Source: Minisyncoccia bacterium (lineage in GTDB: Bacteria; Patescibacteriota; Minisyncoccia; Phycocordibacterales; UBA918). From it: DNA of 64,000 nt. Shown in pieces: positions 10,708 through 19,539 of the stretch; the stretch's first letter is position 1; each line of letters begins with the position of its first letter. The notes below the pieces were generated by a model that was not told the origin of the DNA, did not search any database, and saw only the letters and a list, made by a program, of their open reading frames with translations. The position numbers and the translations under genes are program-made. The stretch spans positions 83,176-147,175 of the forward strand of contig JBKBPM010000002.1 in the NCBI GenBank assembly GCA_046293175.1. The letters are read 5' to 3'.

Positions 10708-10736
10708 TTGACACCCTAACTATCTTCCGCTATAGT
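10708..10736 (+). promoter_or_regulatory. Near-consensus sigma70 promoter TTGACA-N17-TATAGT
   Basis: TTGACA at 10708-10713, a 17-nt spacer, TATAGT at 10731-10736. It lies in the divergent pilB/nusA intergenic region. Confidence 0.45.
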
Positions 10737-10742
10737 AGTTGG

Positions 10743-10812
10743 GACTTATGCGCGGGCCTTTGGCAAAAAGCGTAAGACAAAAGCACCAAAGTTGGTGCTT
10801 TTGTAGCTTTTT
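10743..10812 (+). ncRNA. Candidate small RNA of about 70 nt (between the promoter at 10708 and the terminator at 10777-10812)
   Basis: Transcript predicted from the promoter above. It ends at the hairpin acaaaagcacca-aagt-tggtgcttttgt followed by agcttttt. Confidence 0.3.
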
Positions 10813-10863
10813 GAGCCAGAGCGATGTTTTTCTTTTCATAAGAAAGAAAAACCGCGAGGCCGG

Positions 10864-10919
10864 GGAGGAAGTTCTTACTAGAATTGGAGCTTGCGAACAA
10901 TTATAGTTAGAAACTTGAC
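10864..10919 (+). promoter_or_regulatory. Conserved 55-bp upstream element ending in a -35-like TTGAC (copy 1, upstream of nusA)
   Basis: GGAGGAAGTTCTTACTAGAATTGGAGC..GAACAATTATAGTTAGAAACTTGAC is about 90% identical to 17487-17543 upstream of rny. Confidence 0.5.
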
Positions 10920-10992
10920 CCCGCGCTTCTTGTCACCTGTTACAGATTAATTCATTGTTAACTGGGGAATACCCCACCACAACTACATATAT

Positions 10993-12375
10993 ATGTTTGA
11001 CCTTAAAGTAATTCACAGCGTGCTCGGTGAGCTCGAAGAAGAACGTGGCATTCCACGTGAAAAAATGATTGATGCTATTGAACAAGCCCTTGCTACCGCC
11101 TACAAAAAAGAGTTTGGTAAGCGTGGCCAGATTGTGACCTGTCGGTTTGATCTCGCTTCAGGTGATACTATCTTTAACCAAGTAAAAATCGTCGTTGACG
11201 AAAGTATGATCCGTACCGACGAACCAGTCGAAGGTGAGGAGGAAGCAGACGGAGATATCATTGTTGATGGTGAAATCAAGAAAGTGCGTTTTGATGAAGA
11301 AAAGCACATCATGATTGATACCGCCCGTATGATTAAGCGTGACGTTAAACTCGGTGAAGAACTCGTCTTCCCACTTGAATCAAAGGATGACTTTGGTCGT
11401 ATAGCTGCCCAAACTGCCAAGCAAGTGATTGTCCAGAAAATTCGTGAAGCTGAAAAGGAATCAGCCTTGGCTGAATTTGGTCAGAAGGCTGGTGACATCG
11501 TCATGGGGCATGTCCAGCGTTTTGAACGCGGCAACCTCTACATCGACCTTGGTCGCATTACTGCGGTGATGCCATACGATGAGCAGATTCCTGGTGAACG
11601 TTTCAAACCAGGAGAGCGTATTCGTGCTCTCCTCCTCGCTGTTGAAGAAACTCCACGTGGTATCTTCCTCAAGCTCTCACGAGCGCATGGTGATTTCCTT
11701 GCGGGACTCTTTGCGATTGAAGTACCAGAGCTCCAGAGTGGCGCTGTCGAAGTAAAGTCGATCGCTCGTGAAGCCGGTGCACGTTCAAAGATTGCGGTAT
11801 ATGCGACAGATAGTCATATTGACCCGGTTGGTTCAATGGTTGGTCAGCGTGGAGCCCGCGTCTCAACCGTAATGAGTGAACTTGGTGGCGAAAAAATCGA
11901 CATCATCGAGTGGTCAGCAGATGCCGCCACCTTCATCGAAGATGCGCTCTCACCAGCCCGTGTCATGAACGTCAGTATTATTGCTGAACCAAATGCTGAA
12001 ACCGGTGACCGTGGACACGCGGTGGTTGAAGTAGCTGGCGACCAGCAGTCTCTCGCGATTGGTCGCGGTGGACAAAACGTACGTTTGGCAGCCAAGCTCA
12101 CAGGTTGGAAAATTGATATTGTCTCTGCCCAGAGTGGTGAAGCTTTGGCTGAAGCCAACGATAAGGGTGAAACAGTAATCGAAGCCCCAGCCACCGAACC
12201 AGCTGGTCTTGAGGTAGATGACCTCGAAGCTGAAGACGGTATGACAAATGAACCGCTTGGCGTCGAAGATGATGCCGCTACTGGTGACCGCGACGTGGTA
12301 ACTACTGATGATGAGGCAGACGAAGTAGATACACCCGAAGAAGCGGAAGCTACTATTGAAGGAGAGATTAAATAA
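10993..12375 (+). CDS. nusA: Transcription termination/antitermination factor NusA
   Basis: N-terminal NusA domain, S1 and tandem KH domains (GRGGQNVRLAAKLTGWKIDIVS), acidic C-terminal tail. Confidence 0.85.
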   Translation: MFDLKVIHSVLGELEEERGIPREKMIDAIEQALATAYKKEFGKRGQIVTCRFDLASGDTIFNQVKIVVDESMIRTDEPVEGEEEADGDIIVDGEIKKVRFDEEKHIMIDTARMIKRDVKLGEELVFPLESKDDFGRIAAQTAKQVIVQKIREAEKESALAEFGQKAGDIVMGHVQRFERGNLYIDLGRITAVMPYDEQIPGERFKPGERIRALLLAVEETPRGIFLKLSRAHGDFLAGLFAIEVPELQSGAVEVKSIAREAGARSKIAVYATDSHIDPVGSMVGQRGARVSTVMSELGGEKIDIIEWSADAATFIEDALSPARVMNVSIIAEPNAETGDRGHAVVEVAGDQQSLAIGRGGQNVRLAAKLTGWKIDIVSAQSGEALAEANDKGETVIEAPATEPAGLEVDDLEAEDGMTNEPLGVEDDAATGDRDVVTTDDEADEVDTPEEAEATIEGEIK

Positions 12376-12387
12376 AAGATGGAACCT

Positions 12388-12424
12388 AAAAACTCCTCGG
12401 GCTCATGAGCCCGAGGAGTTTTTA
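12388..12424 (+). terminator. Rho-independent terminator of nusA
   Basis: aaaaactcctcgggctc-atg-agcccgaggagttttt. Confidence 0.7.
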
Positions 12425-12488
12425 CTTCTTGCATCCTACGCTGCCCTAGTCTACACTACAATTCTTAATCAATAACCATTTTTACTTT

Positions 12489-13409
12489 ATGGTACACGTA
12501 TTTGGACATCTCTCACCAGACACTGACGCAACGTGTTCGGCATTAATTTGGGCCTGGTATTTGAACACGCACACGGCGACTCCAGCTACCCCATTTGTGC
12601 TTGGCGAGCTTAATAGTGAAACGAGTTTTGTACTCAATCGCTTTGGGATTACTACCCCTGAACTCCTCCCTACTCTCAGTGCCGGCACTGAAGTGGTTGT
12701 GGTGGACACCAATAACCCACAGGAACTCCCCGAGAACATTAATGAGCTTACCCTCCTTGGACTTATTGATCATCACAAGCTTGTTGGTGGGCTTGAGACA
12801 AGTGCCCCAACTCATATCACTATCCGTCCGCTCGCCTGTACCGCGACTGTTATGTACGACCTCATCACCGCCGAAGGTCATACGATTCCGGCAGATATCG
12901 CTGGCCTTATGCTCTCGGCTATTCTCTCAGATACGCTAGGCTTTCGCTCACCAACCACTACCCCACACGATAAGGATGTAGCGGAAAAGCTCGCAGCAAT
13001 TCTCGACATCGATATGTATACCCACGCTGACGAAATGTTCGCGGCCAAGTCTGATATTTCAGGCTTTAGTGATAGTGGTCTTGTAAAACTTGATAGTAAG
13101 AAGTACGAAGTTGGTGATAAGAACTTCCGCGTCTCAGTAGTCGAGACCACGAACCCAGCGACCGTCCTTGCTCGTCAGGCGGGTATTATTGAAGCTATCA
13201 AATCCTGTATTACCGAAGAAGGTGATATTGATGATGTACTCTTCTTTATCGTCGATATCCTCAAAGAAGAAGCGACCGTCCTCACCTATAGCGACCTGAC
13301 AAAGCAGGTCATCGCTGCCTCATTTGGTGTCGCTACTACAGGAGATACCGAAGTGCTTCCGGGGGTGGTGTCGCGGAAGAAGCAGATACTCCCTGCTCTC
13401 AAACTCTAA
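12489..13409 (+). CDS. ppaC: Manganese-dependent inorganic pyrophosphatase (family II, DHH-DHHA2)
   Basis: VFGHLSPDTDATCSA and DHHKL motifs, about 306 aa, DHHA2 C-terminal domain. Confidence 0.8.
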   Translation: MVHVFGHLSPDTDATCSALIWAWYLNTHTATPATPFVLGELNSETSFVLNRFGITTPELLPTLSAGTEVVVVDTNNPQELPENINELTLLGLIDHHKLVGGLETSAPTHITIRPLACTATVMYDLITAEGHTIPADIAGLMLSAILSDTLGFRSPTTTPHDKDVAEKLAAILDIDMYTHADEMFAAKSDISGFSDSGLVKLDSKKYEVGDKNFRVSVVETTNPATVLARQAGIIEAIKSCITEEGDIDDVLFFIVDILKEEATVLTYSDLTKQVIAASFGVATTGDTEVLPGVVSRKKQILPALKL

Positions 13410-13424
13410 TACACTAAATATGTG

Positions 13425-13461
13425 TATAGCCCCGCGGCGTCATAGACGCCGCGGGGCTATA
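13425..13461 (+). terminator. Rho-independent terminator of ppaC
   Basis: tatagccccgcggcg-tcataga-cgccgcggggctata. Confidence 0.7.
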
Positions 13462-13474
13462 CTTAGCCTATCTA

Positions 13475-14055
13475 TGAAATATGTATTGTTCATCTGCAGC
13501 TTTTTAACAGTGGTTGGTCTACTGCCGAGTCAGATCTTGGCACAAAGTACCTCCACCGCGACCAGCAGTGCTTCTGGTACAACACCCGTAGTAGAAACCC
13601 CGGCACCAACTAATCGACTAGTGATTGAACCCCGTGCTCTAAATGCGGCGGCCCAAACCCGCCTCACCAATCTCGCTGCGAACGTCAGTAATCGTCTTGA
13701 TGCCTACGTCCGTCGCATCACCAATGTAACCGACCGACTCGAGTCACGAGCTAACAAGATGGCCGAAAACGGTCTTGATGTGACAGCTGCCCGAGCCAAA
13801 ATTGCCGAAGCGAGAACCGAACTAGAAAAAGCGCGTCAGAGTCTCATAAATATTGATTCCGCAGTGAATAATTTTGTCAGAAGTGAAAACCCTCGCACCT
13901 ACTGGCAGCAAGTAAAAGCCACCTACATAAATGCTCGCGATGCCATCAAAGCCGCCCACCGCGCTACCGTGGGAACCCTTCTCTTACTCAAGACTGCTTC
14001 CACTCCGGCACCCACAGCCTCGAGCACCACATCAAGCACTAATGACGTAGAATAA
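13475..14055 (+). CDS. Secreted hypothetical protein (signal peptide plus coiled-coil region)
   Basis: MKYVLFICSFLTVVGLLPSQILAQ signal. The upstream part of the listed ORF (13324-) overlaps ppaC and its terminator, so I used the internal ATG at 13475. Confidence 0.5.
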
Positions 14056-14061
14056 TCGTAT

Positions 14062-14499
14062 ATGAATCCAACAACTAACAATCAACCAGTCAACGAGCCA
14101 AACTTCGAAGGTGAGGAGATGAAAATCCCTCCTTCAATGAAGGCAGTTACCCCTGAACAGAACAACACATCTTTAGTTAGCGGCCCAATTTTGATTTTAC
14201 TCTTTGCGATTTTACTCGCGCTCCTTGGTGGTATCTATTACTGGTACACCATTCTCATGAGTGAGCCGATTGCAATCCCCGCCACCAGACCAACGGCCGA
14301 AATGAACAATGAACCCGAGAGTACCACGGCTGAAGCTCGTACTAGTGCCACCGATGTCGTGAGTACTTCAGACGAACTTGATGCTATCCAAGCCGATATC
14401 GAAAGTACTCGGTTTGATGATATTGATGATGGTTTCACTGCCGTCGAAAATGAACTGGGTGGCGCCCTTGAAGCAACCGACACCCAACCCGCACAATAA
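14062..14499 (+). CDS. Hypothetical single-pass membrane protein, acidic C-terminus
   Basis: 145 aa, TM helix ILILLFAILLALLGGIYYWY, ends directly before the terminator. Confidence 0.45.
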   Translation: MNPTTNNQPVNEPNFEGEEMKIPPSMKAVTPEQNNTSLVSGPILILLFAILLALLGGIYYWYTILMSEPIAIPATRPTAEMNNEPESTTAEARTSATDVVSTSDELDAIQADIESTRFDDIDDGFTAVENELGGALEATDTQPAQ

Positions 14500-14511
14500 G
14501 ATCTCGAAGAC

Positions 14512-14549
14512 CAAACCGCGACAGCCCCAGCTGCCGCGGTTGTCTTTTA
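14512..14549 (+). terminator. Rho-independent terminator
   Basis: aaccgcgacagc-cccagctgccgcggtt followed by gtctttt. Confidence 0.55.
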
Positions 14550-14575
14550 CCTCCTCTTATTCTACAATCAAGACT

Positions 14576-14800
14576 GTAGCCCCCTGAGGCTACGCCAATG
14601 AGGGAGACGCCTATGCTGGGTCACGTCGCTTTCGCCGCCGGTCACTGAGCGCGGCCGTCCGCTCGCCAACACCGGCATCCCCCGTCGCGAGCACCCCAAA
14701 GCTCCGACTAATTTTCCTCTAACCGAGAGACCTCCTTATGCCAGCGGCATGACAGGGTCTCTCACCCAACCCACTGTGTCCAATCTGGATGCAGTTTTTT
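14576..14800 (+). ncRNA. Candidate GC-rich structured small RNA of about 225 nt, with its own promoter (TTGTCT-N18-TACAAT at 14540-14569) and terminator (14773-14800); identity unknown
   Basis: No ORF of 60 aa or more in any frame. Local GC is about 62-65% (68% across the 14.61-14.70 kb core) against a 49% background. Nested hairpins (gagagacc..ggtctctc; atgcc-agc-ggcat; gctcgc..gcgagc). It ends in the hairpin ctgtgtcca-atc-tggatgcag followed by tttttt. Confidence 0.35.
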
Positions 14801-14864
14801 ATTTGCAATAACACATTTTCACCAGCTTGCTTTTTGGCCTAAGACGGGTACACTAGCGCGTACT

Positions 14865-15998
14865 ATGGCACACACACATCACCATCATAATATTGATTTT
14901 AAAAAGGCTTTTACCGTGACCACCGAAGCTGGTAGTCAGGTCACTATTGCGGGCGAAATCCCCTGGGAAGAGCTGGTCGCTGAACGCAGTGAAGCGATTA
15001 AAAAGCTTGGTGCAAACGTTGTTATCGACGGCTTTCGCCCTGGCCACGTACCTGAAGCCATGCTCGTAAAGCGTATTGGTGAAATGAATATTCTCATGGA
15101 AATGGCCGAACGTGTCATTGCCCACATGTACCCACATATCGTCGAAGCACACAAGCTTGAGGTTATTGGCTACCCAAAGATTGATATTACAAAAATTGCT
15201 CCGGAGAACCCACTTGGTTTTACCGCCACTGTCGCTGTCCTCCCGGCCATCACCCTCCCGGATTACCACTCAATTGCCAAGGAAGCAAATAGTAAAAAAG
15301 AATCAGCCGACGTAACTGACGCTGATGTCGACAAGCAGATCGAGGACATCCTTCGCCAAAAAGCCGCCTACGAACGACTCCAAGCTAAAGCGGTAGCGAA
15401 GGCCGACGGTGACCTCCCGACTCCAGAGACAGTTGACCCAATTGAAACTGAAGAAGACCTCAAGAAGCTCCCGATTCCAGAACTCACCGACGAAGTAGTC
15501 GCCGGACTTGGACAACCAGGTCAATTCACCAGTGTCGCAGACTTCAAGGCCAAGGTTCGTGAACATCTCGAAATTGAAAAGAAGCGTGAGGTCGAAGCGA
15601 AGCATCGTGCTCTCATCACCGACACCATCATTGCTGGTACTGAGATGGAACTGCCAGCAGTCCTCCTCGAAAGCGAAATCAATCAGATGTTTGCCCAGAT
15701 GAGTGAAGACCTCGAGCGAGCCAATCTCAACATGGACGATTACCTGGCTCATATCAAGAAGACCAAAGAAGATCTGAAGGCCGAGTGGACTCCAGCGGCC
15801 GAAAAGCGGGCGAAGCTCCAACTGGTGCTGAACGAAATCGCCAAAAAAGAAAACATCACGCCAGACAAGGATCAACTCAAGAGTCAGGTGGACCAGCTTG
15901 CCGCCCAGTATAAAGAGGCTGACCCACACCGCATTGCCGTGTATGTAGCGTCTATTATGCAGAATGAGGCTGTAATGAAAATGTTAGAGAACGTCTAA
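14865..15998 (+). CDS. tig: Trigger factor (short form, 377 aa)
   Basis: N-terminal ribosome-binding motif IDGFRPGHVPEAMLVKRIG, and the conserved tig-clpP synteny. Confidence 0.8.
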   Translation: MAHTHHHHNIDFKKAFTVTTEAGSQVTIAGEIPWEELVAERSEAIKKLGANVVIDGFRPGHVPEAMLVKRIGEMNILMEMAERVIAHMYPHIVEAHKLEVIGYPKIDITKIAPENPLGFTATVAVLPAITLPDYHSIAKEANSKKESADVTDADVDKQIEDILRQKAAYERLQAKAVAKADGDLPTPETVDPIETEEDLKKLPIPELTDEVVAGLGQPGQFTSVADFKAKVREHLEIEKKREVEAKHRALITDTIIAGTEMELPAVLLESEINQMFAQMSEDLERANLNMDDYLAHIKKTKEDLKAEWTPAAEKRAKLQLVLNEIAKKENITPDKDQLKSQVDQLAAQYKEADPHRIAVYVASIMQNEAVMKMLENV

Positions 15999-16011
15999 AA
16001 GCAACCAATCT

Positions 16012-16078
16012 ACTTTGTTAAAAATAAAAATAGGCCCTCAAAGTACACCTCGTACATCTCGGGCTTATTTTTATTTTT
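16012..16078. terminator. Long hairpin / bidirectional terminator after tig
   Basis: aaaaataaaaataggccc ... gggcttatttttattttt forms an approximately 18-bp stem with an inner hairpin gtacacctcgtac. Confidence 0.55.
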
Positions 16079-16626
16079 GCCTTGTATCTCGGTCACTTTT
16101 AGACGTCCTTGTACATCGTTATAAACTGCGAAAATGAGTAACTCTCCACTCGTAGCAAAGGCCCCAAGCGGGGCCTTTCTGCGTTCAAAATGCGAGCATA
16201 AACCAGATAATACCGAGCAGTATCCACCCCCAGAAGAGCGCTGACACCAGTTCACTTTCACTACAGATAATCAAGAATCGCTCAGTAACACCAGCCCGCA
16301 CATACTGCACATTACCGCGCTGTGTCCACCATATTTCATGATGAAGACTGCAGTGATACACCATGACATTCCCTACCATAAGCTGGCAAAGGATTAGAAA
16401 TACAATCATCAGTTTTCCTCCGCTATCTGGCTGATAGTATACCAAGTAGTCAAAATTAGGCAATGAATGAGCCGGTGTCGCATAAGGGGGAGTGAAGCCG
16501 ATTTTGGTCGGACACTCTTTGAAGTAGTCGTAGCGAATTAGCGCTAGTGCCTGACACCATAACGAGATTCCAGGTGCATAAAAAGTGCCAAGCTAGCGTC
16601 TATGGGCTTCGCAAAAATTCCTCCAG

Positions 16627-16668
16627 GAAGAGAGCGATTGCTTCGGTGCCGCTCTTTCTTATTTCCCT
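16627..16668 (+). terminator. Rho-independent terminator or attenuator about 40 nt upstream of clpP
   Basis: gaagagagcg-attgcttcggtgc-cgctctttc followed by ttatttccc. Confidence 0.5.
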
Positions 16669-16702
16669 ACCTTTTGCTAGGATGTGAGAGCGCAGCCAGT
16701 TA

Positions 16703-17338
16703 TTGTCCAAACGCGCCAAACTAGCCTTATATTCTATGAAATCTGAAATAAATCCAATTCAAAACAACCTTGTCCCGATGGTGATCGAAAAAACCCAAGG
16801 GGGTGAACGAGCGTTTGATATTTTCTCACGTCTCCTTAAGGAACGCATCATCTTCATTACCGGTGGTATTGAAGACCACATGGCGAACCTCGTCGTAGCC
16901 CAGCTCCTCTTCCTTGAAGCTGAAGATCCAAAGAAAGACATCTTCCTCTACATCAACTCACCAGGCGGTAGTGTAACCGCCGGTCTCTCGATTATCGACA
17001 CCATGCACCATATCAAGCCTGACGTAGCAACAGTTTGTGTGGGTATGGCCGCTTCGATGGGTTCACTCATTCTCTCACAAGGTGCCAAGGGTAAGCGAGC
17101 GATTCTCCCGAACGCCGAAGTAATGATCCACCAGCCATCAGGTGGTGCATACGGTCAGGCGTCAGACATTGATATAACCGCAAAGCATATCATGAAGACC
17201 CGTGACCGCCTCAACAAGATGCTTGCCCGCGCCACTGGTCAGAAGCTCCAGCAGATTGAAAAGGACGTAGACCGCGACTACTTCATGGATGCGGAGGAGG
17301 CGATGAAATATGGCATCGTTGACAAAGTTTTTAAATAA
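16703..17338 (+). CDS. clpP: ATP-dependent Clp protease proteolytic subunit
   Basis: [32 protein letters not shown] aligns to the mature ClpP N-terminus. Catalytic Ser sits in GMAASMG and His in MIHQPSGG. The true start may be the internal MKSEINP (about 16736). Confidence 0.9.
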   Translation: MSKRAKLALYSMKSEINPIQNNLVPMVIEKTQGGERAFDIFSRLLKERIIFITGGIEDHMANLVVAQLLFLEAEDPKKDIFLYINSPGGSVTAGLSIIDTMHHIKPDVATVCVGMAASMGSLILSQGAKGKRAILPNAEVMIHQPSGGAYGQASDIDITAKHIMKTRDRLNKMLARATGQKLQQIEKDVDRDYFMDAEEAMKYGIVDKVFK

Positions 17339-17352
17339 ACTTTGTCAACGAT
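17306..17352 (+). terminator. Terminator of clpP (perfect 17-bp hairpin overlapping the stop codon)
   Basis: catcgttgacaaagttt-ttaaataa-actttgtcaacgatg. Confidence 0.7.
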
Positions 17353-17486
17353 GAGGCGCAGCGATGTGAGAAACCCCTTTCCTAGGGTGACGAACCAGCG
17401 AGCCCGGGGTGAGAAATGGGATGGGACCCATTTCGCAAGACCTTTTGAGAAATCTTTGATTTCCAAAAGGTATACTGCTCCTGTAA

Positions 17487-17543
17487 GGAGGAAGTCCTTA
17501 CTAGAATTGGAGCGAAGTGAACAGTTATAGTTAAAAACTTGAC
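17487..17543 (+). promoter_or_regulatory. Conserved upstream element, copy 2, in front of the rny promoter (TTGACT-N18-TTATAA)
   Basis: GGAGGAAGTCCTTACTAGAATTGGAGC...GAACAGTTATAGTTAAAAACTTGAC, homologous to 10864-10919. Confidence 0.5.
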
Positions 17544-17716
17544 TCTTGTAGATAAAGTTTTCTTATAAACTTTATCTACTTGGAGTAGTAAAAGCGGGAG
17601 CGACCATTAGTCGTTCCCACTTTACGTTCCAACATTTTTCTGGTACTGTAAAGACACGACCGCACCGCTAGATTTGACCGCCTCACCACCCTTTTACTGA
17701 ACTTAGTCCCCGAAAT

Positions 17717-19246
17717 ATGCCATTAATAACTCTGATTCTGGCCATTGCTGCTGGAGTCGTTGTTGGCGCCGCAGCTGGATATTATCTCCGTTACCTAGTC
17801 GCCTTAGGAAAAAAAACTTCGATAGAGCTCTCCATCAAAGAAAAGCTTGTCGAAGCTGAAGAAAAAGCTCTTAAGATAGTCGAAAAAGCTGAAGCCAAAG
17901 CTGAAGCACTGATTGCCGAAGCAAAAGCTGAAGAAAAAGCTACCGAAGAAAAACTCGATCAAAAAGAATCCCACCTCCAAAAGCGTGAGGAGCTTTTGGA
18001 TAGTCGGCAGATTGAAATTGATTCGCAAAAAGAATCCTTACGTGCCAAGGTGGAAGAAATTAAGGCAATCAAAACTCGCCTTGATGAACGTAAAGACGAA
18101 CTTGATGAGCGTCTTGAGAGTATTGCCGGCATTACACGCGAAGAAGCCTTCTTACAAATTGTTGAAAAAGTAGAAAAAGAACGAGCGGCCGACCTTGTCA
18201 CCCGCCTCCGTAAGATTGAGATGTTCAATAATGAACAATTTGAGGCAAAGGCACAGAATCTCCTCCTCGCCGCCATCCACCGAGTTGGTAACAATATGCC
18301 AACGAGTGTCATGACCGCTCACGTAGAGATTCCATCAGATGACATCAAAGGTAAGGTAATTGGTAAGGAGGGTCGCAATGTTCGTGCTTTTGAACGAGCC
18401 ACCGGGGTGGATGTGCTCGTTGATGAGACACCAGGCTACGTCGTCCTCTCTTCTTTTGATCCAATTCGTCGCGAGATTGCCCGTGTGGCGATGGAAGCAC
18501 TCGTAAAAGACGGGCGTATCCAGCCTGCGAAGATTGAAGAATGTGTTGAGACTGCACGCAAAGAAGTCTCACAAACCGTCCGTAAGATGGGTGAGAAGGC
18601 CTGCTATGATGCCGGGGTACCCAACCTCCATCCTGACCTCGTCGCCATCCTCGGTCGCCTCCACTTCCGTACCAGTTATGGCCAGAATGTCTTGTGGCAT
18701 TCGGTCGAGATGGCTAATATGGCTGCGATAATCGCTGAGGAAGTAGGTGCTGATGTGGCGGTCGCTCGCGCGGGTGCACTCCTCCATGATATCGGCAAGA
18801 CCGTTAGTCACGAAGTGGCTGGTACCCACGTCGAAATCGGTATCCGTATCTTACAGAAGTACGGCGTGGATGAGGCAGTTATCCTCGCGATGCGCGCCCA
18901 CCACGAGGAATATCCATACGAAACGCCCGAATCTATCATTGTGCAGGTCTGTGATGCCGTATCAGGTGCTCGTCCCGGTGCGCGTCGAGATTCAATCGAA
19001 AATTACATTAAGCGTCTCGCTGACCTCGAAGCCATTGCCACCACACTTGAGGGCGTGGACAAAGCTTTTGCCATTGCCGCTGGTCGAGAGATTCGTGTCC
19101 TCGTGAATCCAACCACGCTGAATGATTTTCAAACCCATGCGCTCGCGCGCACGATTGCGACCACTATTGAAGCGAAGCTCCGCTATCCGGGTGAGATTAA
19201 GGTCCACGTCATCCGTGAGACACGCGTCGTCTCCTACGCTCGCTAA
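17717..19246 (+). CDS. rny: Ribonuclease Y
   Basis: N-terminal TM helix, KE-rich coiled coil, KH domain (GKVIGKEGRNVRAFERATGVDV) and HD domain (LLHDIGK). Confidence 0.85.
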   Translation: MPLITLILAIAAGVVVGAAAGYYLRYLVALGKKTSIELSIKEKLVEAEEKALKIVEKAEAKAEALIAEAKAEEKATEEKLDQKESHLQKREELLDSRQIEIDSQKESLRAKVEEIKAIKTRLDERKDELDERLESIAGITREEAFLQIVEKVEKERAADLVTRLRKIEMFNNEQFEAKAQNLLLAAIHRVGNNMPTSVMTAHVEIPSDDIKGKVIGKEGRNVRAFERATGVDVLVDETPGYVVLSSFDPIRREIARVAMEALVKDGRIQPAKIEECVETARKEVSQTVRKMGEKACYDAGVPNLHPDLVAILGRLHFRTSYGQNVLWHSVEMANMAAIIAEEVGADVAVARAGALLHDIGKTVSHEVAGTHVEIGIRILQKYGVDEAVILAMRAHHEEYPYETPESIIVQVCDAVSGARPGARRDSIENYIKRLADLEAIATTLEGVDKAFAIAAGREIRVLVNPTTLNDFQTHALARTIATTIEAKLRYPGEIKVHVIRETRVVSYAR

Positions 19247-19249
19247 ATC

Positions 19250-19286
19250 ACATAAGCTGCCCAGCCTTTTGGTAAGGCAGCTTATG
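19250..19286 (+). terminator. Terminator of rny
   Basis: cataagctgcc-cagccttttggtaa-ggcagcttatg. Confidence 0.7.
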
Positions 19287-19352
19287 TTATACCCACCTCC
19301 CTATCGCAGTGTGATTAAAACAGGCGTACGCTAAATGCAGGAGGAGATGTTC

Positions 19353-19505
19353 ATGAATCTCGGAAGACTAATGCTCGATTGGACTTTGTTCTACGAGAAA
19401 CAGATGGAAGGTCTTGGACTGCTCTCGCTAGTCCAAGACACAACCATCTGGTGGAAGCTTGGTGCGATGACGCTCGAACGCACCCTACGGCCACAGAGCA
19501 ACTGA
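19353..19505 (+). CDS. Possible small protein (50 aa), below the ORF-track size cutoff
   Basis: Consensus RBS AGGAGG 7 nt upstream of ATG; MNLGRLMLDWTLFYEKQMEGLGLLSLVQDTTIWWKLGAMTLERTLRPQSN. It is followed by the hairpin gccggcgg-tacaccaa-ccgccggc and a T-rich tract. Confidence 0.3.
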   Translation: MNLGRLMLDWTLFYEKQMEGLGLLSLVQDTTIWWKLGAMTLERTLRPQSN

Positions 19506-19539
19506 TGCCGGCGGTACACCAACCGCCGGCTTCGCCATT

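Noticed and set aside
14576-14800. Assigning the GC-rich RNA candidate to RNase P RNA, SRP RNA or tmRNA
   Set aside because: I could not find the signature motifs of any of these. RNase P P4 (GAGGAAAGUCCGGGCUCC / ACAGAANCCGGCUUA) is absent. SRP domain IV (GGAAGCAGCC) is absent. The tmRNA tRNA-like 3' end (GGUUCGAnUCC..CCA) and a tag ORF are absent. The length is also too short for RNase P.
16185-16463. Minus-strand ORFs (92 aa and 83 aa) in the tig-clpP spacer as real genes
   Set aside because: They have no RBS, odd composition, and overlap hairpin or terminator structures. The region more likely encodes RNA features.
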